A stretch of 64,000 nt of DNA from Anaerolineae bacterium (GCA_034434235.1 DAOTZV010000192.1:5037-69036); one strand, 5' to 3'. Counted from the first letter of the stretch, positions 48,764-60,755 are shown. The notes: generated by a model from the sequence alone, not told the origin. A program made the numbers and translations.

Positions 48764-48792
48764 AAGCCGCCAGAAAACTTTCTGGCGGCTTT
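48761..48792. terminator. Bidirectional intrinsic terminator
   Basis: AAAGCCGCCAGAAA-AC-TTTCTGGCGGCTTT between convergent genes. Confidence 0.8.
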
Positions 48793-48816
48793 GCGCGTCT
48801 GTTCGCAGAACGGCCT

Positions 48817-49905
48817 CTACACGTTGAACCGGATGTTCAACACATCGCCGTTTTGCACGACGTACTCCTTCCCCTCCAGACGGATCAGGCCGCGCTGGCG
48901 CGCCGCGGCGAGGCTTCCCGCCGCGATCAGGTCGTCGTAGGAGATCACCTCGGCGCGGATGAAGCCGCGGGCCAGGTCGCTGTGGATGACGCCGGCCGCC
49001 TCGACGGCCGTCGCGCCCACCGGGATCGTCCACGCGCGCACCTCGTCCTCGCCGACCGTGAAGAAGCTGTGGAGGCCCAACAGATCATAGGAAAGGCGGA
49101 TCACCCGGTTCAGGCCCAGCTCGGCGATGTTGTATTCCGCCAGGAACTCGTCCACCTCCTCGGGCGGCAACTGCGCCAGCTCCATCTCCAGCCGGCCCTG
49201 GAGACAGGCGATGGACGTGTGGCGGTGCTGATAGTCGGCCAGGTCGTCCAACGCGCAATCGGCGCTCTGATCGCCCACGTTGAGCACGATCAGGAGCGGC
49301 TTGAGGGTGAGCAGGCCGAAGTTGCGCAACGCCTTCAGCTCGGCCGAGGCCAGCTCCAGGTCGCGCAGGGGGCGGCCGGCCTCCAACTGTTCGTGCAGGC
49401 GCCGCATGAGCGCCAGCTCCGCCTCGTTGGCGGCGCGCGTCTGCTTATCGCCCCCCTTCTTAAGCTGGGCTTCCAGTCGCTCGATCCGTCGCTCCACAAT
49501 GATCAGATCCGACAGCAACAGCTCGGTGTCCATGATCTCGATATCGCGACGGGGATTAACGCTTCCCTCGATGTGCGGCACGTCGGGGTCCTCGAACGCG
49601 CGCACCACGTGCAAAAGCGCGTCGCTCTGGCTGAGGGTGTTGAGCAGCGGGCCGCTCAGCCCGCCCTCGCTCACCCCCTTGGTCAGGCCCGCGATGTCGG
49701 CGTAGGTCACCCTGGCGTAGGTGGTCTTGCGCGGCCGGAACATGGCCGAGAGCCGATCCACGCGCGGATCGGGTACGTCCACGATCGCGGTGTGCACTTC
49801 GAACTGCCCTGTGCTGAACGCGCTGGTCTCGCGGTTGCCGCGCGTCAGCGCGTTGAAGATGGTGGTCTTGGTGCTGTTGGGCAGTCCGATGATGGCGATC
49901 TGCAT
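48817..49905 (-). CDS. ychF: Redox-regulated ATPase YchF (Obg family)
   Basis: VPDPRVD, DIAGL, HVVRAF, SFFTVGEDEVRAW, IHSDLARGFIRAE and GKEYVVQNGD. Confidence 0.93.
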   Translation of the reverse strand: MQIAIIGLPNSTKTTIFNALTRGNRETSAFSTGQFEVHTAIVDVPDPRVDRLSAMFRPRKTTYARVTYADIAGLTKGVSEGGLSGPLLNTLSQSDALLHVVRAFEDPDVPHIEGSVNPRRDIEIMDTELLLSDLIIVERRIERLEAQLKKGGDKQTRAANEAELALMRRLHEQLEAGRPLRDLELASAELKALRNFGLLTLKPLLIVLNVGDQSADCALDDLADYQHRHTSIACLQGRLEMELAQLPPEEVDEFLAEYNIAELGLNRVIRLSYDLLGLHSFFTVGEDEVRAWTIPVGATAVEAAGVIHSDLARGFIRAEVISYDDLIAAGSLAAARQRGLIRLEGKEYVVQNGDVLNIRFNV

Positions 49906-49912
49906 ACGTTTG

Positions 49913-50890
49913 TCACTCCTTGATGCCCAATTCGGTGACGGCGAGCGCCAGCGCGCCGAGCAGGCCGACATCATCGCCGAGCGCGGCCGGGACGATGGAA
50001 AGGCCTTCCAGATAGCCCGGCATGGCGCGGGCGCGAATCATCTCCCACATCGGGTCGAAGAGCAAGGGGCCGGCCTTGGTCACGCTTCCGCCGAGCACGA
50101 CCATGCGCGGGTTGAACAGGTGCAACAGGTTCACGATGCCCAGTCCCAGGTACTTGCCGGCCCGGCGGAACGCGTTGGCGGCCAGCTTATCGCCCGCGGC
50201 GGCCGCCTCGCTGACCACGCGGGCATCCACCTTGTTCAGGTCGCCGCCGACCAGCTTGAGCACCTTGCCGGACTTGCTTCCCTTGCCCGCCTTGAGCCGG
50301 CCGATCACATCCCGGCTGATGGCCGGTCCGGCCGCCAGCGCCTCCAGGCATCCCCGATTGCCGCAGCCGCACTTGGGGCCATCGGGCTGGATGACCATGT
50401 GGCCGGCCTCGGCCGCCAGGCCGCGCGCACCCAACAGCAGCCGGCCGTCCACGATGATGCCGCTGCCGATGCCCGTGCTGATCGTCAGATAGACCATATC
50501 CTTCACCCCGCGCGCCGCGCCGTAGGTCGCCTCGGCCAGGCCGGCCACGTTGGCGTCGTTGCCCAGGAAGGTGGGCTTGCCGAAGCGGGCGCTGATCAGG
50601 TTGCGCAGCGGCACATTGACCCAGCCCGGCAGGTTGGGCGCGGCCAGGATCATCCCCGCGGCCGGATCGAGCGGCCCGGGCGCGCCGATCCCGATGCCGA
50701 CGACCGCGTCCGGCGCGGTGCCTTCCAGCGCCTCGGCGATGCTCTCTTCAAGGCGCGTCAACACGGCCTGGGGGCCTTCTGCGGCCCGGGTCAGCTTCGC
50801 CACCCGGCGGTAGATCTGGCCCTGTGGGTCGCAAAGCGCGGCGCGGATCTGCGTGCCGCCGAGATCTACAGCGACGATGTAAGGATTCAT
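49913..50890 (-). CDS. ROK family sugar kinase
   Basis: DLGGT, GIGAPGP, NDAN, STGIGSG, AEAGH and CGCGNRGCLE. Confidence 0.93.
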   Translation of the reverse strand: MNPYIVAVDLGGTQIRAALCDPQGQIYRRVAKLTRAAEGPQAVLTRLEESIAEALEGTAPDAVVGIGIGAPGPLDPAAGMILAAPNLPGWVNVPLRNLISARFGKPTFLGNDANVAGLAEATYGAARGVKDMVYLTISTGIGSGIIVDGRLLLGARGLAAEAGHMVIQPDGPKCGCGNRGCLEALAAGPAISRDVIGRLKAGKGSKSGKVLKLVGGDLNKVDARVVSEAAAAGDKLAANAFRRAGKYLGLGIVNLLHLFNPRMVVLGGSVTKAGPLLFDPMWEMIRARAMPGYLEGLSIVPAALGDDVGLLGALALAVTELGIKE

Positions 50891-50891
50891 C

Positions 50892-51968
50892 TCAATATGC
50901 TCCGTACTTTGCTACCAGCTCCATCACCCGGCAATATTGGGCGAACGAAACGTTGTTCGGCACCGAATGATCGGAGTGGTAGATGTAGCCGCCGCCGACC
51001 TTGGCGGCCGTGATCTTGGTGGCGATCTCGCGCTCGAGGACGTCCGGGTCGGGGTCGTTGAAGGTGCGCACGTCAATGCCGCCCATGAATGCCAGATCCC
51101 GGCCGTACTGCTGTTTCAGCGTCACCACATCCATGCCGGCCTTCACCTCCAGCGGCTGGAGACAGTCCAGGCCGGCGTCGATCAGATCGGGGATCAACAT
51201 GCGCACATCGCCGCACGAATGGAGGATCACCTTCATGCCGCGGCTGTGGAAGAAATCGAACATCCGTCTGTCGGCCGGCTTGATCAGCTTGCGATAGACG
51301 CGCGGGGAAAAGAACGGGCCGTTGCGATAGCCCATGTCGTTGTACAGGAACGCGGCGTCGAAGGCGTACCCCTCGGCCATGATGATCTTCGCCATCTCGA
51401 TCACCATATCGGCCTGCGTCTCGATGATGTCCTGGATCCAGGCCGGATCGTCTATCAGCAGGGTCAGGAGCTGGTCGGAGCGGATGTAGGCCTGGCACAG
51501 GTCGTAGCCGGTGATCGCGCCGTAGGTGACGTACAGGTCTTCGCTGCGCGCCCGCTCGTAATTGTTCTTCAGCGTGACCCAATCGACGCGGGTGAAGCCG
51601 GGTTGCAAGCGGCGTTTAGCCGCTTCCCAATCGGCGCGCGTCTTGATCCCGTAGTCAATCAGCTCGGGTGTAGTCGAATAGTCCCGATGATTTTTGCGCA
51701 CGCCGCCATACGGGGTGCTCTCGACGATGTACTCGTCGTTGCGCTCGAGCACCCGCACGGGGTACTGCGGGGTCAGGTCGGCGCCGAAGCTGCGCAGGTG
51801 AAAGCCGAAATACTCCTCGACCGGGATGCCGTCGGGCAGGCCTTCGCGGCGCCAGCGGGTCACCGTGGCCGCCCAGACGCTATCGTGGACGGGGATCCGA
51901 TCCCCCTCTTTGTGGTCGAGGGCCAGTCGGACGCGCTCGCGGGGGGTGAGACGAGTTGTTGTTGACAT
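50892..51968 (-). CDS. Uroporphyrinogen decarboxylase/MtaA-CmuA-fold protein
   Basis: YNDMGY, ILHSCG, LQPLE, GGID and GGYIYHSDHSVP. Confidence 0.87.
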   Translation of the reverse strand: MSTTTRLTPRERVRLALDHKEGDRIPVHDSVWAATVTRWRREGLPDGIPVEEYFGFHLRSFGADLTPQYPVRVLERNDEYIVESTPYGGVRKNHRDYSTTPELIDYGIKTRADWEAAKRRLQPGFTRVDWVTLKNNYERARSEDLYVTYGAITGYDLCQAYIRSDQLLTLLIDDPAWIQDIIETQADMVIEMAKIIMAEGYAFDAAFLYNDMGYRNGPFFSPRVYRKLIKPADRRMFDFFHSRGMKVILHSCGDVRMLIPDLIDAGLDCLQPLEVKAGMDVVTLKQQYGRDLAFMGGIDVRTFNDPDPDVLEREIATKITAAKVGGGYIYHSDHSVPNNVSFAQYCRVMELVAKYGAY

Positions 51969-52043
51969 AAACATCTCCGGGTTGACAGGTTTCTGTATCG
52001 GTGAACCGCCTCACATGATAGCACAAATTGCCCAAAAAGCCAC

Positions 52044-52072
52044 TTGACAAATCGGGGCCTTTATGCTATAGT
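52044..52072 (+). promoter_or_regulatory. Sigma70 promoter of the lacI-ABC operon
   Basis: TTGACA, 17 bp, TATAGT with extended TG. Confidence 0.8.
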
Positions 52073-52081
52073 TTACGTTGT

Positions 52082-52095
52082 CGTCAACGTTGTCA
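52082..52095. promoter_or_regulatory. Candidate LacI operator
   Basis: CGTCAACGTTGTCA, an imperfect CG-centred palindrome just downstream of the promoter. Confidence 0.5.
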
Positions 52096-52179
52096 ATCCG
52101 ACGATCCCCTTTTCCGTCGTCCGTATTGTCGTATCGTCGAAGATAGCCCGGTTGTCACGTCCGTCTGCGAGGGAGAGCT

Positions 52180-53172
52180 TTGCCAGCGAAGTTGCGCGAT
52201 GTTGCACAGAGGGCCGGCGTCTCGATCAAGACCGTCTCGCGCGTGGTCAACAACCAGGGCGAGATCTCGGAGGCCACGCGCCAGCGCGTGCTGAAGGCCA
52301 TCGCCGAGTTGCGCTATCGGCCCAGCAAAGTGGCGCGTGCCCTGGTCACCCAGCACACCGATACGATCGGCCTGGTCGTGGGCGACATTACGAATCCCTT
52401 TTTCCCGGAAGTGGCGCGCGGCGTGTTGGATGTAGCCGAGCCGCGCGGCTACAACGTCTTTCTGTGTAATTCGGACGGTGAACTCGCTCGCGAGACCCGC
52501 ATCCTCGAATCGTTGCTGGATCACGGCGTAGACGGCATCATCATCTTCCCGACCTTCGAGCTGGAGCCGGCGCTGCGTCGGTTGGCCGGCCCCGAGCGGC
52601 CGGTGGTGGTGGTGAACCGGCCCTATGATCTGCCGGGCGTGAGCGCGGTGATGATCCATTCCCGTCGCGGCGCGCGGCTGGCCGTGGAACATCTGATCGC
52701 CAGGGGCCACACCGCGATCGCCATGCTGGCAGGGCAGAGCCATGAGATCGAGCGCTTGCAGCGCGTGCAAGGTTACCGCGAGGCCCTGCGCGCGCATGGC
52801 CTGCCGGTGCGCGAGGAGTGGATCGTCGGCGGCGCGCCGATCCAGAAGCGCGGCCGGGAGTCGGCCCTGGCGTTGCTGGCGCGCTATCCCGAGATCACCG
52901 CGATCTTTGCCTACAACGACCTGCTGGCATTGGGCGCCATCGAGGCGTGCCGCGAGCTGGGCCGCCGCGTGCCCGAAGATTGTGCGATCGTTGGCTTCGA
53001 TGATATCCCGCTGGCCGGCGTCGTAAACCCCGCCTTGACGACCGTGCGGGTGGATAAATACGACCTCGGACGGCAGTGCATGAATCGGCTGTTCGAAATG
53101 CTCGCCCATCCCGACCAGACATTCGAGCCGCTATGGGTGGATGTCGAACTGGTGGAGCGCGCATCGGCGTAA
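52180..53172 (+). CDS. LacI family transcriptional regulator
   Basis: [33 protein letters not shown] and PALTTV. Confidence 0.95.
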   Translation: MPAKLRDVAQRAGVSIKTVSRVVNNQGEISEATRQRVLKAIAELRYRPSKVARALVTQHTDTIGLVVGDITNPFFPEVARGVLDVAEPRGYNVFLCNSDGELARETRILESLLDHGVDGIIIFPTFELEPALRRLAGPERPVVVVNRPYDLPGVSAVMIHSRRGARLAVEHLIARGHTAIAMLAGQSHEIERLQRVQGYREALRAHGLPVREEWIVGGAPIQKRGRESALALLARYPEITAIFAYNDLLALGAIEACRELGRRVPEDCAIVGFDDIPLAGVVNPALTTVRVDKYDLGRQCMNRLFEMLAHPDQTFEPLWVDVELVERASA

Positions 53173-53198
53173 TCTCTGTGCTTGAGGCGATCAACGCG

Positions 53199-54230
<1,032 letters not shown>

Positions 54231-54372
54231 CACGAAAGGAGGTGATGACGGGAGGAGGGAGTCGCTGTGCACGGCACGCATGGAGCACCCGCCATGCGTC
54301 GAAGATCAGGTTCAACTCGGGTTGGCCATCGGGTGAACCAACCGTTCTACACCAAGCAGAGGAGATGTCAGA

Positions 54373-56589
54373 ATGAATACCCGCACGAAGTTGTGGACGC
54401 TGGCCTCGGTATTGCTGGTGGTGATGCTGCTGGTGGGCTGCGGCGCACCGGCCACGCCCGCGCCGGCGCCTGCTCCTGCCAAGGCCGAGCCGACCGCGGC
54501 GCCGGCTCCCACCAAGGCGCCCGAACCGACCAAAGCCCCCGAACCGACCAAGGCGCCTGAGCCGACCAAAGCTCCGGCTGCGGCTGCCGTCAAGCCGCCC
54601 ATTCCGTATCCCGATCCGCCCAAGCTGGAGATCGGCGGCGCGCCCGTCAAGCGCATGCCCATCAACCAGATCGTGACGTACAAGGCGCTGCCGGAATACA
54701 AGGAACCGGCCTGGGTCACCGAGCTGGTGAAGGCCGGCAAGCTGCCGCCCGTGAAGGATCGCCTGCCGAAGGAGCCCCAGGTCTACCTGAAGTCGGGCAT
54801 GAAGGACGGCATCGGCGTCTACGGCGACCTGTGGCGCGGCTTCTCGGCCTGCCCGACGGCCGGCTATAACGACATGGCCGGCATCACGATGGGGTGGTTC
54901 GGCATCGAGTCTTACACCTCGCGCTACGGCGCGCTGGTCAAGACCGGTCCGCTCTACCGCGCGGATCAGGACATCGAGCCGTTCCCCAACATCGCCAAGA
55001 GCTGGGAGTGGTCGGCCGACGGCAAGCAGTTGACCATGAAGCTGATCGAAGGCGCCAAGTGGTCGGACGGCGAGCCGTTCACGGCCGATGATGTGATGTT
55101 CACCTGGGAAGGCTACATCGTTGACAAGAACGTCAACGCCCCGCGCAAGCTGGACGCCTGGACCTTCGGCGGGGTGCCGACCAAGCTGGAGAAGGTGGAC
55201 GACTACACCATCCGGTTCACGTTCGGCGTCTCCAAGCCGATGAACGTGTTCTACATGATGAACGAGGACACCTTCCACGTCATGCCGGCGCACCAGCTCA
55301 AGCCGCTCCATCCGCAGTGGAGCACCGCCAGCCCGAAGCCGACCTACAAGGACTTCGAGAACGCGCTGCCGCCGAACAAGCTGCCGCTGGTGACGATGGG
55401 CCCGTGGGTCATCACCGAGTACAAGACGGACGAGCTGATGATCATGCGCCGCAACCCGTACTACTGGAAGGTGGACGAGGAAGGCCAGCAGCTCCCGTAC
55501 TTCGATGAGATCCAGTACCGCAAGGGGCCCAGCGGCATCGGCCGCGACCTGTGCACCATCGCGGGCGACTGCGACCACATGAACCTGGAGAACCCGAGCA
55601 CCTTCGTCGAGGCGATGACCAAGGCGCAGGATCCGAACGCCAAGTACTCTGTGTCGTGGGGGCCTGAGACGTTGGGCTACGGCGTCATCTTCAACTTCTC
55701 GCTCGACCAGGGCGTGAAGGACGACCGCGACAAGGCCGTGCGCGAGCTGTTCCGCGACGTGCGCTTCCGCAAGGCGCTCAGCTACGCCACCGACCGCGAC
55801 GGCATCGCCCAGTCCATCATGAAGGGCCCGTTCCTGCGCGGGTGGGCGGGTGGCCTCTATCCGGGCGCGCCCGAGTTCGACAAGACCTCGGTGGTCTACT
55901 ATCCGTACGATCCGCCGTCGGCCAAGGCGTTGTTGGCCGAGATCGGCCTGAAGGACACCAACAACGACGGCGTGCTCGAATGGACGAGCGGCCCGATGGC
56001 CGGCAAGCCGGTGGTGCTGGAACTGCGCGCGTCGCAGGACGCCAAGGAGACCCAGAGCGTCGCCGAGGCGCTGGTGAACCAGTGGGGCGCGGTCGGCATC
56101 AAGATCAACATGAAGGTGACCGACAGCGCCACCTTCAACGAGCTCAACCAGTCGGGCAACTGGGACATGCAGGCGTTCCGCGGCGGCCAGCCGTTCGCGC
56201 TGCCGTTCGTCAACCCGACCGCCCTGGCGCCGCTCACCAAGAACTTCACCATCCATCGCGAGGGCGATAAGCCGCGCGTCATGATGGACTTCGAGAAGCA
56301 ACTGGTGGACCTGGTGACCCAGTACCGCGACACGTTCGACGCCGCGAAGCGCAAGGAGCTGATGAAGCAGTACAACAAGATCTTCACCGAGAACGTGTAT
56401 CAGCTCGGCGTCTTCGTCGGCCGCTACGGCCTGGGCCTGACCAAGCGCGCCAAGAACGTGCCGGACGGCACGCCGGTCTTCATGTACACCTGGGTGGAGG
56501 ACGCGATCCTGCTCGACGCGCTCTGGACGCCGCTGGATCAGCAGTTGAAGCAGAATCGGCCGAACACCCTGCCGGTGTATACGAAGTAA
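54373..56589 (+). CDS. Family 5 substrate-binding lipoprotein, AgpA-like (alpha-galactoside binding)
   Basis: LVGC lipobox; PTKAPE linker repeats; KLPPVKDRLPKEP...GIGVYGD, AKSWEWSADG and WSDGEPFTADDV. Confidence 0.88.
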   Translation: MNTRTKLWTLASVLLVVMLLVGCGAPATPAPAPAPAKAEPTAAPAPTKAPEPTKAPEPTKAPEPTKAPAAAAVKPPIPYPDPPKLEIGGAPVKRMPINQIVTYKALPEYKEPAWVTELVKAGKLPPVKDRLPKEPQVYLKSGMKDGIGVYGDLWRGFSACPTAGYNDMAGITMGWFGIESYTSRYGALVKTGPLYRADQDIEPFPNIAKSWEWSADGKQLTMKLIEGAKWSDGEPFTADDVMFTWEGYIVDKNVNAPRKLDAWTFGGVPTKLEKVDDYTIRFTFGVSKPMNVFYMMNEDTFHVMPAHQLKPLHPQWSTASPKPTYKDFENALPPNKLPLVTMGPWVITEYKTDELMIMRRNPYYWKVDEEGQQLPYFDEIQYRKGPSGIGRDLCTIAGDCDHMNLENPSTFVEAMTKAQDPNAKYSVSWGPETLGYGVIFNFSLDQGVKDDRDKAVRELFRDVRFRKALSYATDRDGIAQSIMKGPFLRGWAGGLYPGAPEFDKTSVVYYPYDPPSAKALLAEIGLKDTNNDGVLEWTSGPMAGKPVVLELRASQDAKETQSVAEALVNQWGAVGIKINMKVTDSATFNELNQSGNWDMQAFRGGQPFALPFVNPTALAPLTKNFTIHREGDKPRVMMDFEKQLVDLVTQYRDTFDAAKRKELMKQYNKIFTENVYQLGVFVGRYGLGLTKRAKNVPDGTPVFMYTWVEDAILLDALWTPLDQQLKQNRPNTLPVYTK

Positions 56590-56612
56590 CAAGAGTTACG
56601 CAGTAGAAGCTC

Positions 56613-56752
56613 GCAGCCGGTCTGTGACCGGCGTCGTCGGCTTGCAAGCGTCGTCTTGGGCGGCCCGACGGGGGTCGCAGACCCCCTGCGAGCAAGAAGA
56701 AAGGACCTCGTAGCTACGCGCCCGGCGTCTTCGAAAGTGCCGGGCGCGTGAG
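56613..56752. repeat. Intercistronic hairpin/REP cluster after the binding-protein gene
   Basis: GCCGGTC-TGT-GACCGGC, GGGGTC-GCA-GACCCC and CGCGCCCGGC...GCCGGGCGCG. Confidence 0.7.
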
Positions 56753-56779
56753 CTCGGGAAGCAGGGCTCAGGAGATGGC

Positions 56780-57775
56780 ATGCTCAACTATATCTTCCGT
56801 CGCCTGATCGTGGCCTTTTTTTTGTTGATCGGCATCGGTGCCGTTTCGTTCATCGTCATCAAGCTGCCGCCGGGCGACTTCGCCAGCCGCTATCGCCAGT
56901 ACCTGATCGACCGCGGCACGCCCCAGGAAGAGGCCGATCGCGCCGCGCAGATCGTGCGCGAGCGCTATGATCTCGATAAGCCGGTGGCTGTGCAATTCCT
57001 CCTGTGGGCCAAGGGGATCGTCACCGAGGGCAAGTTCGGCTATTCCTTCGCCTATCGCAAAGACGTGGGCGAGCTGGTGGCCGAGCGCCTGCCCAAGACC
57101 CTGTTGCTGGCGGTCTTGTGTCACCTGATCTCCACCGTGGTCGGCGTGGGACTGGGGATCTTCGTGGCGCCCAGGAAGTATGGCTTTTGGGACAACTTCT
57201 GGGCGATCCTGGCCTTTATCTTTACGTCCGTGCCCCGCTTTTCGATCGCGATCATCCTGCTCTACATCCTCGTGATCCAGCTCCATCAGCCGAGCATCTC
57301 CTCTTTCTTTTCGCCGCAATTCGTGATGGCACCCTGGAGCCTGGAGCGGGTGATCGACATGTTGCGCCATATCTGGCCCGCGGTGCTGATCGCCGGCCTG
57401 GGCGGCGTGGCCCGCAACCTGCGCGTGATGCGCGGCAACCTGCTCGACGTGCTGGGCGCGCAATATGTGCAGACCGCGCGCTCCAAGGGCCTGAAGGAAA
57501 GCACCGTGATCCTGAAACATGCCGTGCCCAATGCCCTGCACACGATCGTCGCATATCAGGGCACGGTGCTCCCGTACATGATGCAGGGCGAGCTGGAGGC
57601 CGCCATCGTGTTGGGCCTGCCGACCATGGGCCCGCTCTTTTACGAGTCGCTGGTTAACCAGGACATCTACATCTCCGGCTCGTTGCTCCTGATGTACGGC
57701 TTCCTGATCCTGATGGGCAACCTGCTGGCCGACATCTTCCTGGCCGTCCTGGATCCGCGCATCCGCTACAGCTAG
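56780..57775 (+). CDS. ABC permease (OppB type)
   Basis: KLPPGD, ERLPKT and YVQTARSKGL (EAA loop). Confidence 0.95.
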   Translation: MLNYIFRRLIVAFFLLIGIGAVSFIVIKLPPGDFASRYRQYLIDRGTPQEEADRAAQIVRERYDLDKPVAVQFLLWAKGIVTEGKFGYSFAYRKDVGELVAERLPKTLLLAVLCHLISTVVGVGLGIFVAPRKYGFWDNFWAILAFIFTSVPRFSIAIILLYILVIQLHQPSISSFFSPQFVMAPWSLERVIDMLRHIWPAVLIAGLGGVARNLRVMRGNLLDVLGAQYVQTARSKGLKESTVILKHAVPNALHTIVAYQGTVLPYMMQGELEAAIVLGLPTMGPLFYESLVNQDIYISGSLLLMYGFLILMGNLLADIFLAVLDPRIRYS

Positions 57776-57793
57776 CCGAGTGAGAGAGAAGCC

Positions 57794-58930
57794 ATGAGCA
57801 ATGACGTCAAGCAAGTCGGCCAGGCCGACCTGACCTTCATCGAAGAGATCCACAACGAGAGCTATTTTCAGCTCGTGGCCCGGCGCTTCATGCGCAGTCG
57901 GGTCTCGCTGGTGGGGGCCTGTCTGGTGTTGATGCTGGTGACCCTGGCCGCGCTGGCCGATTTCTTCAGCCCCTATTCGATCTATCAGATCGACCTGCAA
58001 TCCACGTTCATTCCGCCCCAGCAGGTGCATTTCATTGATCACGAGGGCAACTTCCACTGGCGGCCTTTCGTCTACAACTATACTTACACCCTCAACCCGA
58101 AGACCTTCCAGGTGTATTGGGCCGAGGACACCAGCAAGCTCTATTACATCAACTTCTTCGTCAAGGGGCCGGAATACAAGCTGCTGGGGCTGATCCCGAC
58201 CGACCTGCACCTGTTCGGCGTGGAGGAGGGCGGGACGATTTACATCCTGGGCACCGACAAGATGGGCCGCGATCTGTGGGGCAAGGCGTGCGAGGCCGGC
58301 CGCATCTCGCTGACGATGAGCCTCTTCGGCACGATCATCAGCATCGCGGTCGGCTCGGTCCTGGGCATCGCGTCCGGCTACTACGGCGGCACGGTGGACA
58401 TGGTGCTCCAGCGCTTCACCGAGTTCGTGGCCGCGTTCCCCAACCTGCCGTTGTGGATGGCGCTTGCCGCGCTGGTGCCCAAGACCGCCGATTCGTTCAC
58501 GGTCTTCGTGCTCATGTCGTGCATCTTTGCCTTGCTCTCGTGGACCACCCTGGCGCGCGAGGTGCGCGGCAAGGTGCTTTCGCTGCGCCAGACCGATTTC
58601 ATCCTGGCGGCCAAGGAGATGGGCGCGTCCGACGCGCGCATCATCTTCCGTCACCTCTACCCCAACACGCTGAGCCATGTCATCGTGATCCTGACCCTGA
58701 CGATCCCCGGCGTGATCCTGGCCGAGTCGTTCCTCAGCTTCCTGGGGATCGGCATCAGCGAGCCGCTGATCAGTTGGGGCCTGATGATGCGCAACACCCA
58801 GGACATCCAGACGTTGGGCCAGAATAGCTGGATCCTGGCTCCGATCGCGTTCATCGTGGCGGCCGTGTTGGGGTTCAACTTCCTGGGCGACGGCCTGCGC
58901 GACGCGGCCGATCCCTACGCGACGGTTTAG
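57794..58930 (+). CDS. ABC permease (OppC type)
   Basis: [20 protein letters not shown] and [13 protein letters not shown]. Confidence 0.95.
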   Translation: MSNDVKQVGQADLTFIEEIHNESYFQLVARRFMRSRVSLVGACLVLMLVTLAALADFFSPYSIYQIDLQSTFIPPQQVHFIDHEGNFHWRPFVYNYTYTLNPKTFQVYWAEDTSKLYYINFFVKGPEYKLLGLIPTDLHLFGVEEGGTIYILGTDKMGRDLWGKACEAGRISLTMSLFGTIISIAVGSVLGIASGYYGGTVDMVLQRFTEFVAAFPNLPLWMALAALVPKTADSFTVFVLMSCIFALLSWTTLAREVRGKVLSLRQTDFILAAKEMGASDARIIFRHLYPNTLSHVIVILTLTIPGVILAESFLSFLGIGISEPLISWGLMMRNTQDIQTLGQNSWILAPIAFIVAAVLGFNFLGDGLRDAADPYATV

Positions 58931-58936
58931 GAGGCG

Positions 58937-60742
58937 ATGATGCGCACTGCGTTGTTCGTTCTCGCTGGCGTTCTTCTGGCGCTGGGCGTTCTGGTGGCCT
59001 GCTATCCGCCGCCGGCGGCTCCGTTGCCGCTCGTCGCCGAGCTGCCCGCCCATGCGACCGGCCCGGCCGCCATCACGGCCACGCCCGCGCCGGCCACCGT
59101 AGCGGTGGCGGGCGTCGTGGTTTCGGCCGCCGGCGAGCCGTTGAGCGGCGCGCTCGTCCAGGTGCGCGGCAGCGCCAATCGGGTGCAGGCCGACGCGCGC
59201 GGGGCCTTTGCCCTGACCGGCATCAGCGCGGGGCAGCCGTTCACCGTGACGGCCTGGGCCCCCGGCCACTACGTGGGCTGGACGGCCTTGAATCCGACCG
59301 CGGCCGATTGGGATGGCCGCCGCGGCATCACGATCACGTTGAAGCTGCTCCCCCAGAAGGACAACGCCGATTACCCCTGGTTTTCCTTTGACGATGTCCA
59401 GGGCTCGGCCAGTTGCGGCCTGTGTCATCGCGAATACCAGGAGTGGCTGAAGGACGCGCACTCCCAGTCCGCCAAAAATCCTCGTTTCATCTCGATCTAT
59501 ACCGGCAACGATGTCAACGGCCGGCCCAACCAGCCCGTGCGGTGGGGAAATAACGGCGTCGCTTTGCCGCCCGATCCCAATCAGCCCTACTATGGCCCCG
59601 GCTTCCAGCTCGACAACCCCGGTCGGGCCGGCAACTGCGCCACCTGCCACACGCCGGTCGCCTCCAAGGTGCCCAATCGCCAGAATTGCGGCTGGTCGGG
59701 CTGCCATACCGACCTGACGATCGAGCGCTCTCGGGGCATCATCGCCCCGGCCACCAGCCCGCTGGTCTCGACCGGCGACGGCGCCGAGGGGGTCACGTGC
59801 GACTTCTGCCACAAGATCGGCGATGTGATCCTCGACCCGCACACGCGGTTGCCGCCGCCCGATATGCCCGGCATCCTCTCCTATCGGCTCTTCCGGCCCG
59901 AGGAAGGCCAACAGGTCTTCTTCGGCACGGTGCTCGACGTGACCCGCCGGGTGAGCTATCTGCCGTTGCAGTCGCAGAGCGAGTACTGCGCGCCGTGCCA
60001 CTATGGGGTCTTCGGCGGTGTGGTCGGCGTGGGCAAGGTGACCGGCGGCACGGTGATCTACAACTCCTACGGCGAATGGTTGAACAGCCCCTACAGCGAT
60101 CCGGTGAACGGCAAGACATGTCAGGATTGCCACATGCCGGTCTCGCCGGCCAAGTATTTCGTATTCCCGGAACGCGGGGGCATGGAGCGCGACTATGTTG
60201 CGCTGCACGATCACACGATGCCGGGCGCGTCGGACGAGAAGCTGTTGCAGAACTCGGTGACGATGACGACCACGGCGCAGCACCAGGACGGCCGGCTTCG
60301 GGTAGAAGTGAGCATCACCAACGACAAGACCGGCCACCACATCCCGACCGATGTGCCGATCCGCAGCATGATCCTGGTCGTCGAGGCACTGGACGCGGCG
60401 GGCAAGCCGTTGTCGCTCGTCCAGGGGCCGGTGAACCCGACCTGGGCCGGCAATTACGCCGGCAAGCCGGGCAAGACCTTCGCCCGAGTGTTGCGCGATG
60501 AGTGGACGGGCGAGGCGCCGACCGCGGCTTACTGGCGGCCCGTCACCGAGGTCGAAGATACTCGTTTGCCGGCATTGGCCACCGACGTCACGCGCTACAC
60601 CTTCGACCTGCCGGCCGGCCGGGCCGCGCAGGTGCAGGTGCGGCTGTTCTTCCGCCGCGCGTTCCAGGCGCTGGCGCAACAGAAGGGTTGGACCGATCCC
60701 GATATCCTGATGGAGGAAGCCACGCTCGCCGTGGCTCCGTGA
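58937..60742 (+). CDS. Multiheme c-type cytochrome lipoprotein with carboxypeptidase-regulatory-like domain
   Basis: LVAC lipobox; five CXXCH (CGLCH, CATCH, CDFCH, CAPCH, CQDCH) plus CGWSGCH; H-T-M-P-G and TGHHIPT. Confidence 0.9.
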   Translation: MMRTALFVLAGVLLALGVLVACYPPPAAPLPLVAELPAHATGPAAITATPAPATVAVAGVVVSAAGEPLSGALVQVRGSANRVQADARGAFALTGISAGQPFTVTAWAPGHYVGWTALNPTAADWDGRRGITITLKLLPQKDNADYPWFSFDDVQGSASCGLCHREYQEWLKDAHSQSAKNPRFISIYTGNDVNGRPNQPVRWGNNGVALPPDPNQPYYGPGFQLDNPGRAGNCATCHTPVASKVPNRQNCGWSGCHTDLTIERSRGIIAPATSPLVSTGDGAEGVTCDFCHKIGDVILDPHTRLPPPDMPGILSYRLFRPEEGQQVFFGTVLDVTRRVSYLPLQSQSEYCAPCHYGVFGGVVGVGKVTGGTVIYNSYGEWLNSPYSDPVNGKTCQDCHMPVSPAKYFVFPERGGMERDYVALHDHTMPGASDEKLLQNSVTMTTTAQHQDGRLRVEVSITNDKTGHHIPTDVPIRSMILVVEALDAAGKPLSLVQGPVNPTWAGNYAGKPGKTFARVLRDEWTGEAPTAAYWRPVTEVEDTRLPALATDVTRYTFDLPAGRAAQVQVRLFFRRAFQALAQQKGWTDPDILMEEATLAVAP

Positions 60743-60755
60743 GCGGATGCACGAC

